A DNA stretch of 64,000 nucleotides from Blasia pusilla (taxonomy: Eukaryota), in assembly GCA_050084515.1 (NCBI GenBank), contig CM114271.1, positions 38,998,001 to 39,062,000 on the forward strand, given 5' to 3'. The notes below the pieces were generated by a model, which saw only the letters and a program-made list of their open reading frames with translations, ran no database searches and was not told the DNA's origin. This document shows, in pieces, positions 50,206 through 63,039 of the stretch. The number at the start of each line of letters is the position of its first letter. Position 1 is the stretch's first letter. The translations under genes were made by a program, and so were the position numbers.

Positions 50206-51686
50206 ATATTCTACTCTCTATCAAGCGCAGCTCAATATTCGTAGCTTGAGGTGTCCTTCATTCTTTTAGAAGGTGCTCTGGCAAGCATTTGGACTTCATT
50301 TTCTGCATGCACAAGTGAGTGCATACCTCTCACCAAAAGAACCAACACACATACAACCTCTTGCACCTCATTGAACTCCCAATTATAATTGGCCGTATTA
50401 ATATTATTGTTGAACCCAACCATGTAATTCCCTCTTGAGTCTTCAAGGTACTTCCCATCTCTCTTGTCATCAAGCAAGATCATGATCATAAGCATAAAAT
50501 GATGAACCCATCCATCTCGAGATTCCTTTTATATAGAATGGAAGACAACTGCCCATTGGCGACTCTAGATAGTCCAATTTTGAATCTCTTGCAACTCCAA
50601 ATTAAGACCAAGAGTCGCCAAGTACAAGTCTTAGTAGTTGCCATCTATCGTGAATTTGCACGTTACCACAATTTTAATTGTAGAATGGTTGTCCAAACTT
50701 GCAAAGTTGCATCAAGATGCACTGGATTCATGCAACATGAACCCACAAATTGACAATTGCAATGGAGTTGCAAAGAAGCCTCTCTTGGAAAATATGGAGC
50801 TACAATGGAGTTGCATCGGATACCTCTATCATGAGTAGTCAGTGCAAATTACTACATATATTACACATGTAGATTCCAATAACAACCTTGACACACTTAC
50901 TAAGAACAAGGAATCTTTTCTTTTTTGGATTTTGCGAGAAGAAAAGTTGAAGATGGACTTGTTGTCACATGAAGACCATAGTCCTTACAACAAAGAGGAT
51001 GACGGAAGAGGGGAAGAACCCCACGATACACGAAGTGGACCAATTCCCTTGAAGATAAACTAGAAGGTGATCTTCGTGTTCATCATTGAAAATGAATTAA
51101 ATGCGCACTTGGAAAACTCCGTCGACCTAGATATACTCAAGGTAGAGTTGAAGTACCTCAAGTGGCTAGATTGTGCAATTGGTGATTTTTCAAGGAAAGT
51201 GGAAGAAGGATTGGGCCATGTTTAATGGCCTTGCAAGTTATAAAGAGCTCCCAACAAAGAAGAGGAAGTAACTGAGCAAGCTATTCATCAAGCTCAAAGT
51301 CGCAGAGTTGATAAAGGAAATGAAGATTCATTATGGAGATGTAGAGCACAGGTCTTAGAAAAGAGATAAGATACTACAAGCCCAAAATGAAATATCCCCA
51401 CCAATGTAGTCAAAATGACCAAGGGTTCATATGTCGCCAAACTTTGGAAGTATGGGCCTATACCCACAACAACATTATCAACCATCATCTTCTCCGTTGC
51501 ACAAGGAGGAAGGAGGGATTCTACCATGACGAGTGCCATGAGGCCAACACCAACATGATGGATTGTCAAGAAGTCTTAGAGGCCTACTATCTTCTTTCGA
51601 TGGAGAGAAAAGAAATCGGGAAACCAAAGAGGAGATACATGATACAAATGAAAATGAAGGTTGAGTCAAATTGGAGGGGGGGGAGA

Positions 51687-51690
<4 letters not shown>

Positions 51691-51766
<76 letters not shown>
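51691..51766 (+). repeat. (GA)38 microsatellite
   Basis: 76 nt of uninterrupted GA. Confidence 0.97.
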
Positions 51767-51768
<2 letters not shown>

Positions 51769-52130
51769 AATGAGGACGTAAAAGGTGTTTTGAATGACTT
51801 CAATGTAGGTCGTAATATGAGTTTTGAAAGGCTTGAAGAGAATTTTGATTGCCTTGTACATAATGGCACTATTTCTAGAATCTTTCGTAGGAAGAGTGCT
51901 TCGGACAATAGCAAGGTTATTCCTCGTCTATCAAAATTGGAGAGTTTTATAAAGAATTTCCAACGCATATTTGATTTGGAAGCCAAATTTAATTTTGAAG
52001 GGAATGCACCAACAATTGTGTGAGAAGCATGAGATACTAAAGAGAGAGATGGAGAGTGTTGTTTGTGTAATCTCTTGAATGTTGATCTCATGTGATATGG
52101 AAACTTACATTCAATAAGACACACTTATAT

Positions 52131-52803
52131 TGTTGATGTGCATCCAAACACACTACACTAGTCTTGGTTTGAGTCCAACCTTACGTTTCCTTTAGTTCAT
52201 AGGTTGGGTATCCATCAAGCTAACCAATTCCTAACCCCTCACTTCCCAACATATGCAAGTCTTTCTAGAGTTGGGACAAACTTCCTAGATAGTCAAGACA
52301 CGTAAAACGACGCTTATGAACCTAGCGGTTCTAATTATCCAAGAAATCTCGAATGAGTCTCTAACCGCAAGCCAAGATATGAGTCATGGATTGACGTCCA
52401 AGGTTGACCTCCATAATTTTCTCCCTTGGACTTGGCTTGGTATCCACATCCCAAAGCCAACCTCTTGATCCATTCTGTGCCTTGGGTTTGCCTACGGCTT
52501 CCCAAAGTAGAGTTCAATTTCCAAGCACCCCTCATATATAGTTCTAGAGATCTCCACCCCTTCTCCACCTTTGGGAAAGACCTCTTGGACCGCTCCTTTT
52601 GGCCCTCAGCCCAACTACCAAGTTGGTAGTTTGGCGACAGTTTCTCAATATCTATTCATGCGCTTGTCTAGCTCTTTGGTGTGTTAGTATTTTCTTTGCA
52701 TAAGCTTTCCAACGTCACCTTATTCATCCCAAATGCATCTTAGGTCTTGTTTGTATGACCTTAAACACCGCAAAATCCCCAAAGGCTTATTCAATTCCAA
52801 GTC
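52131..52803 (-). mobile_element. LTR fragment of the 17640-19797 family
   Basis: Colinear with ~17720-18385 (GCATCCAAACACACT, CTTCCTAGATAGTC, CCCAAAGCCAAC, GCATAAGCTTTCCAACG). Confidence 0.75.
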
Positions 52804-55375
52804 TATTGGATTCTCAACATCCACTTCTCTGAGCACCATTAATCTCATTAGCCCCCTTGTATGAGGAGAAGCCTAGATTGATGGTTCGATTTAGACGTCG
52901 GAGGAATCATAATAATATGACGGAGATGGTTTATGGAGTAGCGTTACTAGGACTATCTAACCCTATATTGCATCAAGTTTAGGGCACCCTGATGCAAAAA
53001 AAATTATATTAATAGATTCGAAGAAAAATAGGTGAAAAATCCTAGTTTCTCGAGTAGTGAAATAGTTGAGAGCCGCAACGGTAGCGCATTCTCGTATGTC
53101 GAGTTATCTCCATGTTCAAGTTCCATCAAATCTCTTCTGTGAGTGCACAGATGGACTAGGCCACTTTGTATCTCCAAGTTTTTTAAGAGATTTCAATGAT
53201 TTCGTCATTTTCTGTTTTCTCACACACTTGCCGCTTAACTCTCTTGCGACTTCAACTCCTCTCAAATCTTGCTTAACTTTTAATCCCGGTTTATTGGGTC
53301 ATGATCATCATCAATTAAAATTTCTAACCTTGCTTGCATCTTACATCTGGTGTCTCCTTTAAGAGAATCTTCTTATGAGCATCTATCCTAGTGTGAGCCT
53401 GCTAAAGTTCTGATGCTTCTTATCGATGCACGTTTGGCTATGAGGATCGCAACAGAAAGGATCGAAAACGATTGAATTTCCATAGATGAACTACATAGAA
53501 GAAAAATAACCATAATAGCATACCAAATGAAGCAATAGAGAAAGGCATAGAACTGCAAGAGACACCATGACATAACTCACACCTAAGAGAACTCTACAGA
53601 AGGGTTGTCTCGTAAAAAATGTTGATATGATCTTATTTCAACCTATCGAGCAATTGTTTCCGCATGGTCTACGTGCATCATGGGACAATGTAGTGGATCC
53701 AAATGCTACCAACTATGCTTCTATGATATTGGAACCAACATCTCTCAATCCGAGTAGACAAGAGAAAGATATGCCTAATTGGATGAAGGCAAACGCTGTA
53801 GTTGAAGGAGGATTCCTCACGCCAAACAATTGGCCAAAATGCATGATTTTCTTCAACCCAATTATTGTGGAAGATTGATACGTGGCGGACCCATATAAAG
53901 TTTGTTATTAACATCCATACTATCTTCAAAAGGCCATGTTACTATCACACAAGAGTCCAACTTATAGATAATCTTGGTCAAGAAGACTTTATTATCTTTT
54001 GGCATATCTTTCCGCTCGCTCGATAGCAATGCACCAACTTTGTATAATAAGCGATCCCAAGAGAAAGAGAATTTCACTTTTTGTTTGGGACATTGTAGCC
54101 CATGATCAGATTATAGCCTTGAAGTGAACATAGATGGGGTCATTCACATAGAAATCCCACGTCTTTAAACAACTGATCCAAAAATATGATCGTAGCTCAT
54201 CTACTTCATTAAAATTTATGATTTAAGAGATTTTATTCACGGAATTGCTATAGATCTCCAAAATTGGGAGGTAGAAAACTTTTTCTTTATGCAGAGGTAA
54301 ATTCTATAAGAAGTCCAAGATGCCTTGGACACAACTTGTCAACTTCTTCTAAAGGATCATAAAAATCTATTTATGGATAATCTTGTCTTGAAAAAACTTG
54401 AATTGATCTTGCCATCTTTCTTATGGGAAGATATTCCTCAAAGGATAGAAGGGGGATATCCACAAACATACCATTACCCTCTTCGAATGCAGGAGGAACT
54501 CATTGAATTCTATGAGATCCAACACTTGCCGCATCCAACATCACTGTCAGTCCTATCCACGATCACACCTGATGTACACTCGCCATCACTCAGGCTCGAA
54601 TATCACCTAACAATGGGAAGTTCTCCAAAATGTAGGCCGAAGAACATCGTTGGGTAGTCTGCAAGTATCAAAGAACTCGCAACATCTCCCAAAATATGGC
54701 TGACTTCGGGTCCTGCAAACCAAGTCCCTGACCCATCAAAGAATGACCCTGACATGGCCACCTTGCCAACACCAAGTGTATCACACCAACCCTATCTAGA
54801 TCAAGTGCCCCCAACAACGAAATGTCGATCATCAATACATGCTAATATCCCCTAACTACAGACATTGGCAATAACTCATGATACTTGTCTCCAAACCTTG
54901 AGTTTGAATAGAAGTACACCAAATCCCTAGCATGTTGATTGGTCAATTTCTTGTGAGAAACATAATGTGAGGAAATCACTGAAATATCTTATAAATCTTG
55001 GAGATACAAAGTGGCCTAGTCCGTCCGTGCACTTTGATGTCAAGTTATCTACATGTTCGATCATGTTACATTGAACCTGAACATGTAGATAACTCGACAT
55101 ACGAGAATGCGCTACCGCCGCTGCTCCTAACTATTTCACTACTGGAAAAATAGGGCTTTTTACTTATTTTTCTTTATTTCTATTTAGGGTCATTTTGCAT
55201 CATGGTGCCCCGCATCCTAATGAAATATAGGGTTAGATAATCCTAGTAACTATGCTCCATAAACCACCTGTGTCATATTACTATGACTCCCTCGACGTCT
55301 AAGTCGGAACCATCAATCTAGGCTTCTTCTCATATAAGGGGGCCGATGAGAGAAGTGGATGTTGAGACTCCAACA
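52804..55375. mobile_element. Unclassified element bounded by ~420-bp diverged inverted repeats (52804-~53225 and ~54950-55375)
   Basis: The left arm T(A)TTGGATTCTCAACATCCACTTCTC...GAAGCCTAGATTGATGGTTC...GGTAGCGCATTCTCGTATGTCGAGTTATCT...GGACTAGGCCACTTTGTATCTCCAAG is mirrored at the right, ending GAGAAGTGGATGTTGAGACTCCAACA. Confidence 0.75.
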
Positions 55376-55379
55376 TTTA

Positions 55380-57330
55380 TTCCTCTAGCTATTGTGGATA
55401 AAACCATAATTGTACCAATTTCTCTCTGTTGAAGAAGAAGAGTCCACTTGTATTAATTTGGACTTAGCCAAAGAGCGCAATGTTGAGGCATCTTGAATGT
55501 GCATGCTTCACCAATCAAAGGGGTTGAGTGAATTGACAATTGGCCTATCAAACTTTTCTAGATGGTTTTGATGGTTCATAATTTTGCCCAACTCTCGCAA
55601 AAAAGTAGCTACATAAGAATTAGCCTTGGCGATATACATGCGATGCACCCCCTTTGCATAAAGTTTCAAATGTTATTTGAGATTTTTCATGCACTCAAAA
55701 TTTGAAGTAATGTCTTGAATACAATTAAGAAGATTGTAAGGGCAAGGATGTAACCTACTACGTGTAATTGATTGTGGATGAGCGCCCAATCAATAATTTC
55801 CATAGTTATAGATAATATCACAATAAAACCGCAATGCCTTCCATCCCTACCAGGCCATGGAGTTAAAGGAAAAGAACGCGTCTATTCCATTATGCCAAAT
55901 ACACGGTGATAATTCCGGCATATCATTGGTTAAGACTATCATACTCTCTCAAGAGAATAATAGTTGGTAGAGCCGCACCAAACAACCTTCTGTCCAAAAA
56001 TTATGATTTCCCATAATAGTCTCAATCTCTTGTGCCTTCTCCCTTTGCCTTGTATTTCTCCCATTGAAATACTCCCTAAAAGAATTTATGGAAACCATAG
56101 CATGGAATGCCTCCCTCAATTCTAAGACACATCCCAAAATTATAAAGTTTTTTATAAAGCGTATGCTATCAGGGCACAATAGCGGTCTCTTCGCTAGGTT
56201 TATTTCCATGAATTTGGCCATTACCCAAGTTTTTGTCTTGATAAATACTACCATCTCACAAGCTTGCGCAAAAATTCTATCCATCCAAGGTCACTCATTC
56301 CATTCTTTGCATACCAGATCAAGAGAATGTGATACATATCCATCCCAAAATATATGAGGAACCTTTGCTTCAATAAGTTTCTCTGCTGCTCGCTCATTGC
56401 TAGTTTTGTTTGTCACAAGTTGCAATACATTCTTTAGAGCTTTGCATAAGATCGTCCTCTTTATGTGACTTTCCAACCATTCAGTCATCTGGGATTTTCC
56501 CTTCGTGTCTACAAACTTGATCATGACCTCACATTGTGGACATGAAACCATGATGTTCACTAAAAATTCGCTCCTCATATTGGTCCAAGCATCCGTGAGG
56601 ATTGTGGCTCCCAAACCCAAATTATGCAATATAACATCAACCTTTTCCTTCATCTTCCCCATACGTTTCCCAAGTAAAGTAGTGTGCGACAAATTGTAAT
56701 TAGGACTAGAGTAACCCTGCACCTTTGTTGTTGCCAACATTGCTTGCTTGAAAGAATTTTGTCGTGCTACATCGAATGGTAGTCCACATTCGTAGAAATA
56801 TTTTGCCCACATGTTATTTGTAACTTCTATTCCTTGAAGGTTGAAAGAATCCCTCTAATCACCTTGCTTCTTTTCGATGGTACTAGTTGCTTGACACAGC
56901 CGTACTATTCCTAAGCTTCTGTCAAAATTTCCACTCGGTATCATGTTTGCAACCCCAACAACATAAGACACCAAACAAACAATATTTCTTGTCTCTTGCG
57001 AACCCAATTGGAATGGCATTGTCTACTCCGCTTCACTCGAGGGTCTTCCTTCCCTTCTATGTCAATTTCCCATAAGTATCCTATTTCGGAGATCTCGTTG
57101 CATATTAGAAGGGACCTTCATACACAATTTTGCATGTTGGGTATCCAGAATCCAATCCTTTGTCTTTTGTCTCTTGTGTGAAATGCTCCATCATCCATGT
57201 GCTAGCTATAATATGCTTTCATTGAATAAGAATAATACTTATATTGCCATTTTCTTGATGTTCCACCTTCCACTTATACATCTTCCTAATATTCTTTCAA
57301 AATTTATTGGAGTTCTTTGGCTTTGGTCAT
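55380..57330 (-). mobile_element. hAT-superfamily transposase remnant (BED finger-like, DUF659, dimerization region)
   Basis: WAKYFYECGLPFDVARQNSFKQAM...ATILTDAWTNMRSEFLVNIMVSCP...VLQLVTN...IFWDGYVSHSLDL (DUF659-type), and SSSSTERNWYNYGFIH..RNK at ~55380-55445 (dimerization domain). Confidence 0.85.
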
Positions 57331-58127
57331 GACTATAAGTAGATACTATCCCTACCCAAGCAATATTTGGATAATTTGCAACAATTTTATAGGCTCAATA
57401 ATTAGATATTTCAACTTGTGAAATATATGCAAATTATATCATATGTTATTCGTGAATGCTCTAATAGCAACCTTGGAACACTCACTATGAACAAGAAAGG
57501 TTCATATGCTAACCTGGATAACCAAGATACCTTAAATTATCAAGGTTATCCAATGGCAAAACATATCCTCACTTATCAAGTTCACCGATCTATGGAAAAA
57601 TAAATTTAGATAAAAGAGTAGAGAGAGGAGTGAGATTGTGAGAGAATACTAAAAATTAAATGAGTAAGTTGATAGAGGGGCGGATGGAAGGAAGGGACTT
57701 AATCCTTAATTTTTTTTCTCATCTATCCCCACGTACTATTAATGCCTAAAAAAACTCCACTAATAAACATGCCACAAATCTTATTTGGTTCTTCTAATCC
57801 CAATCATTATTCAACTCTCCTAACTTCTTGATCCACTTCACTTGCAACTAACCTATTTCGTAACATAATTACCCTATTATCTTATACTCTAACCTTCCCC
57901 TTTTCTCTCCATCTGTGAAGCCTAGGCCCGGACCCAACCCACATTGCTTGGAAGGGAGCCCGCATAATCCACACCTTGGGCAAGGGCAACCCCCATGGCT
58001 CGCACGCGGGTGGCCAATGTGTGGGCAAGCCAATATGTGGGCAGCCCGGGTTGGGCCCACTCACCTGGCCCGCACTAGGCCAAAGGAAGCTCACCTCAGG
58101 CCCATAGCATGTCCGTGTCAGGGCGTG

Positions 58128-60163
58128 TGTCACGTCTTTTAGGATAGATTGGTGAGATCTAATAGACCGCCTTCGTGAGTAATGGAGGACACGCTCAGTA
58201 GGTTGCGAATGACCTGTTGAGGCCCCGGGAAACCTGAGAGAACCGGTTTCCCCTTCGCTTCGGCTCATTTGGAGCCATATTAAGGAACTTACTATTTTAG
58301 GTAAGTATCATTTTGAGTATATGATCGACTTTCTATTTTTGGTAAGTGGCCCTTGACCTCCTACATCAGGTCAAGAGCCAAGGAGGTGACTTGGGAGAAT
58401 AGGTTACCATGGAGAGAGCTTGGGAGAGGGGAGGGTATACCTCAAGGAGAGAGAGCTTGAGAGCTCATTCTCTCTTTATTGAACCTCTTGGCATGAGGCG
58501 GCGGAGCTATGGTACCTTGCCTTGTGAGTGTAACCCAAGCCTCTCATTAGGAGAGTGGGTTTGGTTTGACATGAGAGAGAGTGCACACCTTTGAGAGCTA
58601 TGGTGTGAGATGGTGGAGAGAAAGATTGGATTCTACTTTACAAAGAGAGAATGAGAGAGTGAGAGAGCTTCATGGGGGAGCTTACTGGTCACTCGCTGTT
58701 TTTTCAGGTTGGGGACCCTGTTCCCCGTTCAGCGGCTCATGGGAGTGCTCACCGGAGCAAGGGCTGCTTTCATTATTCTTTGCATTTGCTGATTTTTCGT
58801 GTGGAAGAGTGGCGCGCGGAAGCGCTGCCCAATTGTTGATAGGGATTGAGTATGGAGGCGGGTTGCCCCATGCTGATGCTCTCGGGAGCACCATGTAACT
58901 TGCTGATTTGTATTTATACAGATGTTACATTTTCGTTGGGAGAAATCAGCGCGGGAGCGCTGCCGGATTTTGTGTAGGAGAAAGAGAAATTAGGCTTTAC
59001 GACAGTCCCCGTCTGTTTTTACTGAAATGTTCGATTCTAAATATTTTTTGATGCTGGCGTAGATCGTGAAGCTGTGCACGCTGTGCAACAAATAGTGCGC
59101 AATTTGGAGTCGTGACCAAAAAGTTATGGTCAATCTTGTAAAGGTGCCATTGCTAGGCGATTTTTAGGGTTAAATTGTGCAAACCCTAAATCAGCCGCCA
59201 CACCGGCGACGGCCGTCGCCATCATAGTCACCGTCACCGTCAATGGTCAACGGTCACCATCACCGGTCAACCGTCACCGTCAACAATTAACCGTCACCGT
59301 CGACGGTCGGCCATCACCATCAGCGGTCGATCGTCACTGTCAACGGTCCACCGTCCATTGTCCACCCTTTGGGTGCCATTGCCGCCATTATGGAGTGGAG
59401 GGTCTTCCACGACGTTCGTTGATTCCTTGACTTGCGTCGCCACCACTTACTTTGTTTTGGCCGCCACCGTCATCGCAGTTTCTTCATCAACCAGTGATGG
59501 CAGATGACCTCCGATTATGGTGTTTGAGTTTTGATTTCATGTTGCTATGTTGTGATTGGTAGCCGCTTGACGACGATCGAGTATCGCGGTCGACGCCCGT
59601 AAGCCGCGCAGCGCCGCCAATTGCGCGCCGTGCCCTCGTGGTCGCGCCTTTCGCACCGTCTCGATCGCGGAGCCGCACGTCATTGTGGAGCGAGTGTGGG
59701 TTTATTGTTGATTGAGGAGGGTATGCGCGGAGTGCCGCATCTCACCATCGAGGGCCGTGCCGTTCGTGAGTCGCGTGCGTGCGCTTCGCAACGCCCACCG
59801 TTCCGACCGGGGGACCGCTTTGTCTATCGAGGAGTTTTGAGCAGCCGTCGATGGGAGGAGAATGACTTGCTGATTGGAGGAGTTGTCTCCACGATCGAGT
59901 TGGGGTCAGATTTGCGATTCTTTGAGGAGCGACATCGACATGTGTTAGTTACCCATTGGTCCTTTACCTTGCGTGTGAGGGATTCAGGATTTGGTTAGTT
60001 TATTTGGGGATATTGGGTGTGTGGATGCTTTGAGAGCATCATTTATGTATGTGGTTTAGGGGACATAGACCTGTGTGGGATGTCCGGAGTTGAGGATAGG
60101 TTGTCGATGAGATGATAGCCTGGTCGATTAGCCGCACCACGCCGCGTGTTGCCGCACGTTACA
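58128..60163 (+). repeat. Putative 5' LTR of the DNMT-bearing element (3' boundary inferred at ...CGTTACA)
   Basis: The first ~520 bp are highly similar to the reverse complement of 19272-19797. The candidate CA end is followed by CGTCTCGGGGA, a possible degenerate tRNA-Asp-type PBS. Confidence 0.4.
59225..59360 (+). repeat. Short degenerate ~21-bp tandem repeats (ACCGTCACCGTCAACGGTCA-like), about 6-7 copies
   Basis: Recurrent (A/G)CC(G/A)TCACC(G/A)TC(A/G)ACGGTC units. Confidence 0.7.
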
Positions 60164-60619
60164 CGTCTCGGGGAGAGAGAGTGTAGATCGAGTGCCGCAT
60201 GTTTGGGATGAGTGATTGAGGGATTCCTCACGAGGTTCAGAGTGATCGGGTGAGAGGGGCACGAGGGTCATCACGGAGTCTGTTCGGGACTTTGAGAGGC
60301 GAGGTGATGAACCCGAGAGTAGCTTGAGAGGTTTTACGCGGAGTGGCGCGAGGTTTCGAGGGTCTCCACGTGAGGGACTACCTCGACCTCCTTCTGTGTC
60401 ATCGTCAGACGAAGGGGAGGGTATAGAGGAGTTTGTGAGCACATCGCCATACATTGTGAGTGGTCCTACCGGTTGGGCGTGATTGAGATGGACGACCAGG
60501 GTAGAGGACCGCATAGGTTTTCAGTGCGATGAGGGCACGATTGAGTTGCACGATTTTATAGCGAGTTTAGGAGTTGGTGCGACTCGAGGGCCAAGAACTC
60601 TAGAGAGTTCAACCCGTTC

Positions 60620-62720
60620 TGACATGGAACGGTATGTTCCGGCATTTAGAGGGGCTCCCATGGGCGATTACCATGAGTTCTCTCGAGAGATATGCATGTG
60701 AGATCGAGGCGTGGAGGCTCTACTATGACCCACATTATGTGTCATGGACGGAGCGTTCCTAGATGAGGAGGAGGAGTCGGGAGAGGCTCACGCCTCTTCC
60801 ACTAGTGACGTTTTAGGAGGGGTCACTCGCACGGGAGCGATTACCGTCTAGTCGGGTTTGTCCCGAGTTCAACCTGTGGTTGAGTTCTTTCTTTGAGAGT
60901 TGAGGGCGAGCTACCGGGGGTACGGACGGAGAAGTTGCGGAGCATCCTCGACTTCAGGCGCCGGGTGAGAGTTTGCGTGAGGCTTACACTCGCTTGCCGG
61001 TTGATCAACGTCACTCGGGAGTGCAGAGGCTCGAGCTATCAATCATGGTACGCGATGCTGGGCCGGACCACCGTGGACACGGGTGCGGAGGGGGTGCTTT
61101 TATGAACACCTCCCCTACGTTGAGAGATGTTTTTAGGGAGAACATTGAGCCCAACATGGCGGAGGAGGCGTAGCCACCATGGGTTTGGCGAGAGCAATCA
61201 CGATTGTCTGCACCCCATTGGAACGTGGACTCGAGATAGGTCATTGTGGCACCACGAGCTTAGGAGGATACCGGAGGCCGTGCCCACGAGACCTGCGCCT
61301 TTCGGCGGCGTGACCCTCTATTACTTGTTGGTCATATGGTGGAGCCCATCATGGGGTGATTGCACTCGTGAGGGTCATGGGCGTGTGCCTCGGCATGGAG
61401 GAGGAGATGGTCTTTGCACCAAGAGGTTATCAGTGTGACTATTGTCGAGGTATGGTCATACACGCGCCGGGTATTTCAGTTTACATCTGAGTTACGTCCG
61501 GACCGAGGGCGGAGAGGGCACCAGAGCGATAGCCGGTCCATGTGGGCCTAGAGATCGTGCATCCCAGGTGGTCTGTTGGGGAACGAGGAGGCTGGAGTTT
61601 CCGCCAGTGGTGGTGGAGCGCCCGTGGAGGAGGTAGAGTACCACCACCTAGACGCGTGAGGAGGCGCCGGACGTGCGGGATGGATCGCTCGATACAACAA
61701 CTCTGAGGAGCAGATTGTCGCTTGGCATTGAGGTTACCCGATGCCGGATACGTAACATCGACATCATATGGAGCAGCCAGAGATCTGGAGAATCCTGGAT
61801 GGATGTGCGGGGCTGCCCAGATGGAGGCCGCCGCAATTGTGACGCGTGGAGCGGCCGCAGAGTTGGATCCACAGAGGAAGCGGAGAAAGCGCTAGGCTTC
61901 TCGGTCTTTCACGTTGTCGAAGCGATGAGGACCCCATTGATGGGTCCTCATCAAAGTTCTGGAGAGTTGGTGATGTTGTTGGTGTGCAGGCATGAAGGGC
62001 GATGGGAGAAGCGAGTGCGACGACTCCTATTGTTGATGTTCAGGAGGGGCATGTGTCGAGCACGTTGTTGGGGGAGGCCATAGTTGTGTACCGCACTCCT
62101 TTATTTTCTGCTTCCGATGTTATGACGTTGGGGGGTACGCCCGCCGAGGCTTTTCGGCTGGCCGCTTCACTATGTGAGCGGAGTTGGAGTTCTGCATCAC
62201 GTTGAGGTGATTTGAGGAGGAGGTGATGGACCTGCCCTTGGGGGGCGGATGCCGGGCCGTCCATGTCGATTCATGGGAGGGTGCGGCTGCTAGGATGGCG
62301 GAGATGCCCGCTAGACCCGCGATAGAGCGTGCCATGGCTTCTCCTGGTGTTGTGTTGTTGGATAACCAAAGAGAGGTCTTCGTTGGTGAGTCCCGGAGGT
62401 AGAGCTTTTAGTCGGTAGCGTCTTGTTGATTAGGGGGCAGCGTCATTGAGGATTGGGCTTGCGAGCCGATGTGGAGCGTTGTCCATTCGGATCGGACATC
62501 CTTGGGTGGAGCAAGTACCACACAATATATCACCCGCCAGAGGAGTGGGTGGTGATTCACCCGGGATATCCTGAGATGAGTCCGTGAGTGCGCGCCAAAG
62601 CGATAGTGGATCGATCAAGAGTCCCTCACGGCGTCTTGGTTGGTGGAGCGATATTGTACCCGGCGGGGTTTTCCTGGATTCTTGGGAGGAGTTCCCCTGA
62701 GACCAGGATGGCGTCGGTGA
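60620..62720 (+). pseudogene. Retroelement gag + zinc knuckles + aspartic protease, heavily frameshifted
   Basis: Frame-hopping reading gives ..GVRTEKLRSILDFRRR..ESLREAYTRL.RLINVTR..WYAML..TSPTLRDVF (gag-like), C-W-S-Y-G..HHG.DC (~61325) and CDYCR..GHT..F.LH.E (~61434). A VL(L)D(S)GA-like motif lies at ~62420 and VLVGGAILYPAGF..DSWEE at ~62632. Confidence 0.55.
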
Positions 62721-63039
62721 TGGGCGCCTTAGCTCATTACCCGTTCGATTCACAGTGCGATGATCGAGCAGCGGCCATGAGAGATAGCGACCTTAGCGAG
62801 CATTTAGTAGTGCCATCACTTGGCCTAGTGATTTGATTGAGGACATGTCCATCTGAGGATACTCCGTTCTTGACATTTCTATGGAGAGAGTGTTATGGTA
62901 TTGCATCATTCCGTGGAGAGAGGTCTGTGGGACTCGAGAGCTTCAACGATTGGCGGATGAGCACGAGGCGTGGAGCGGCGTTTGCACCAGGCGTGACCGA
63001 GGAACCGAGGTAGCGAGGGAAGTGCTGATGACACCCTTG

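Noticed and set aside
51387-52124. ORFs with ERERER or SLSLSL runs
   Set aside because: They are translations of the (GA)38 microsatellite.
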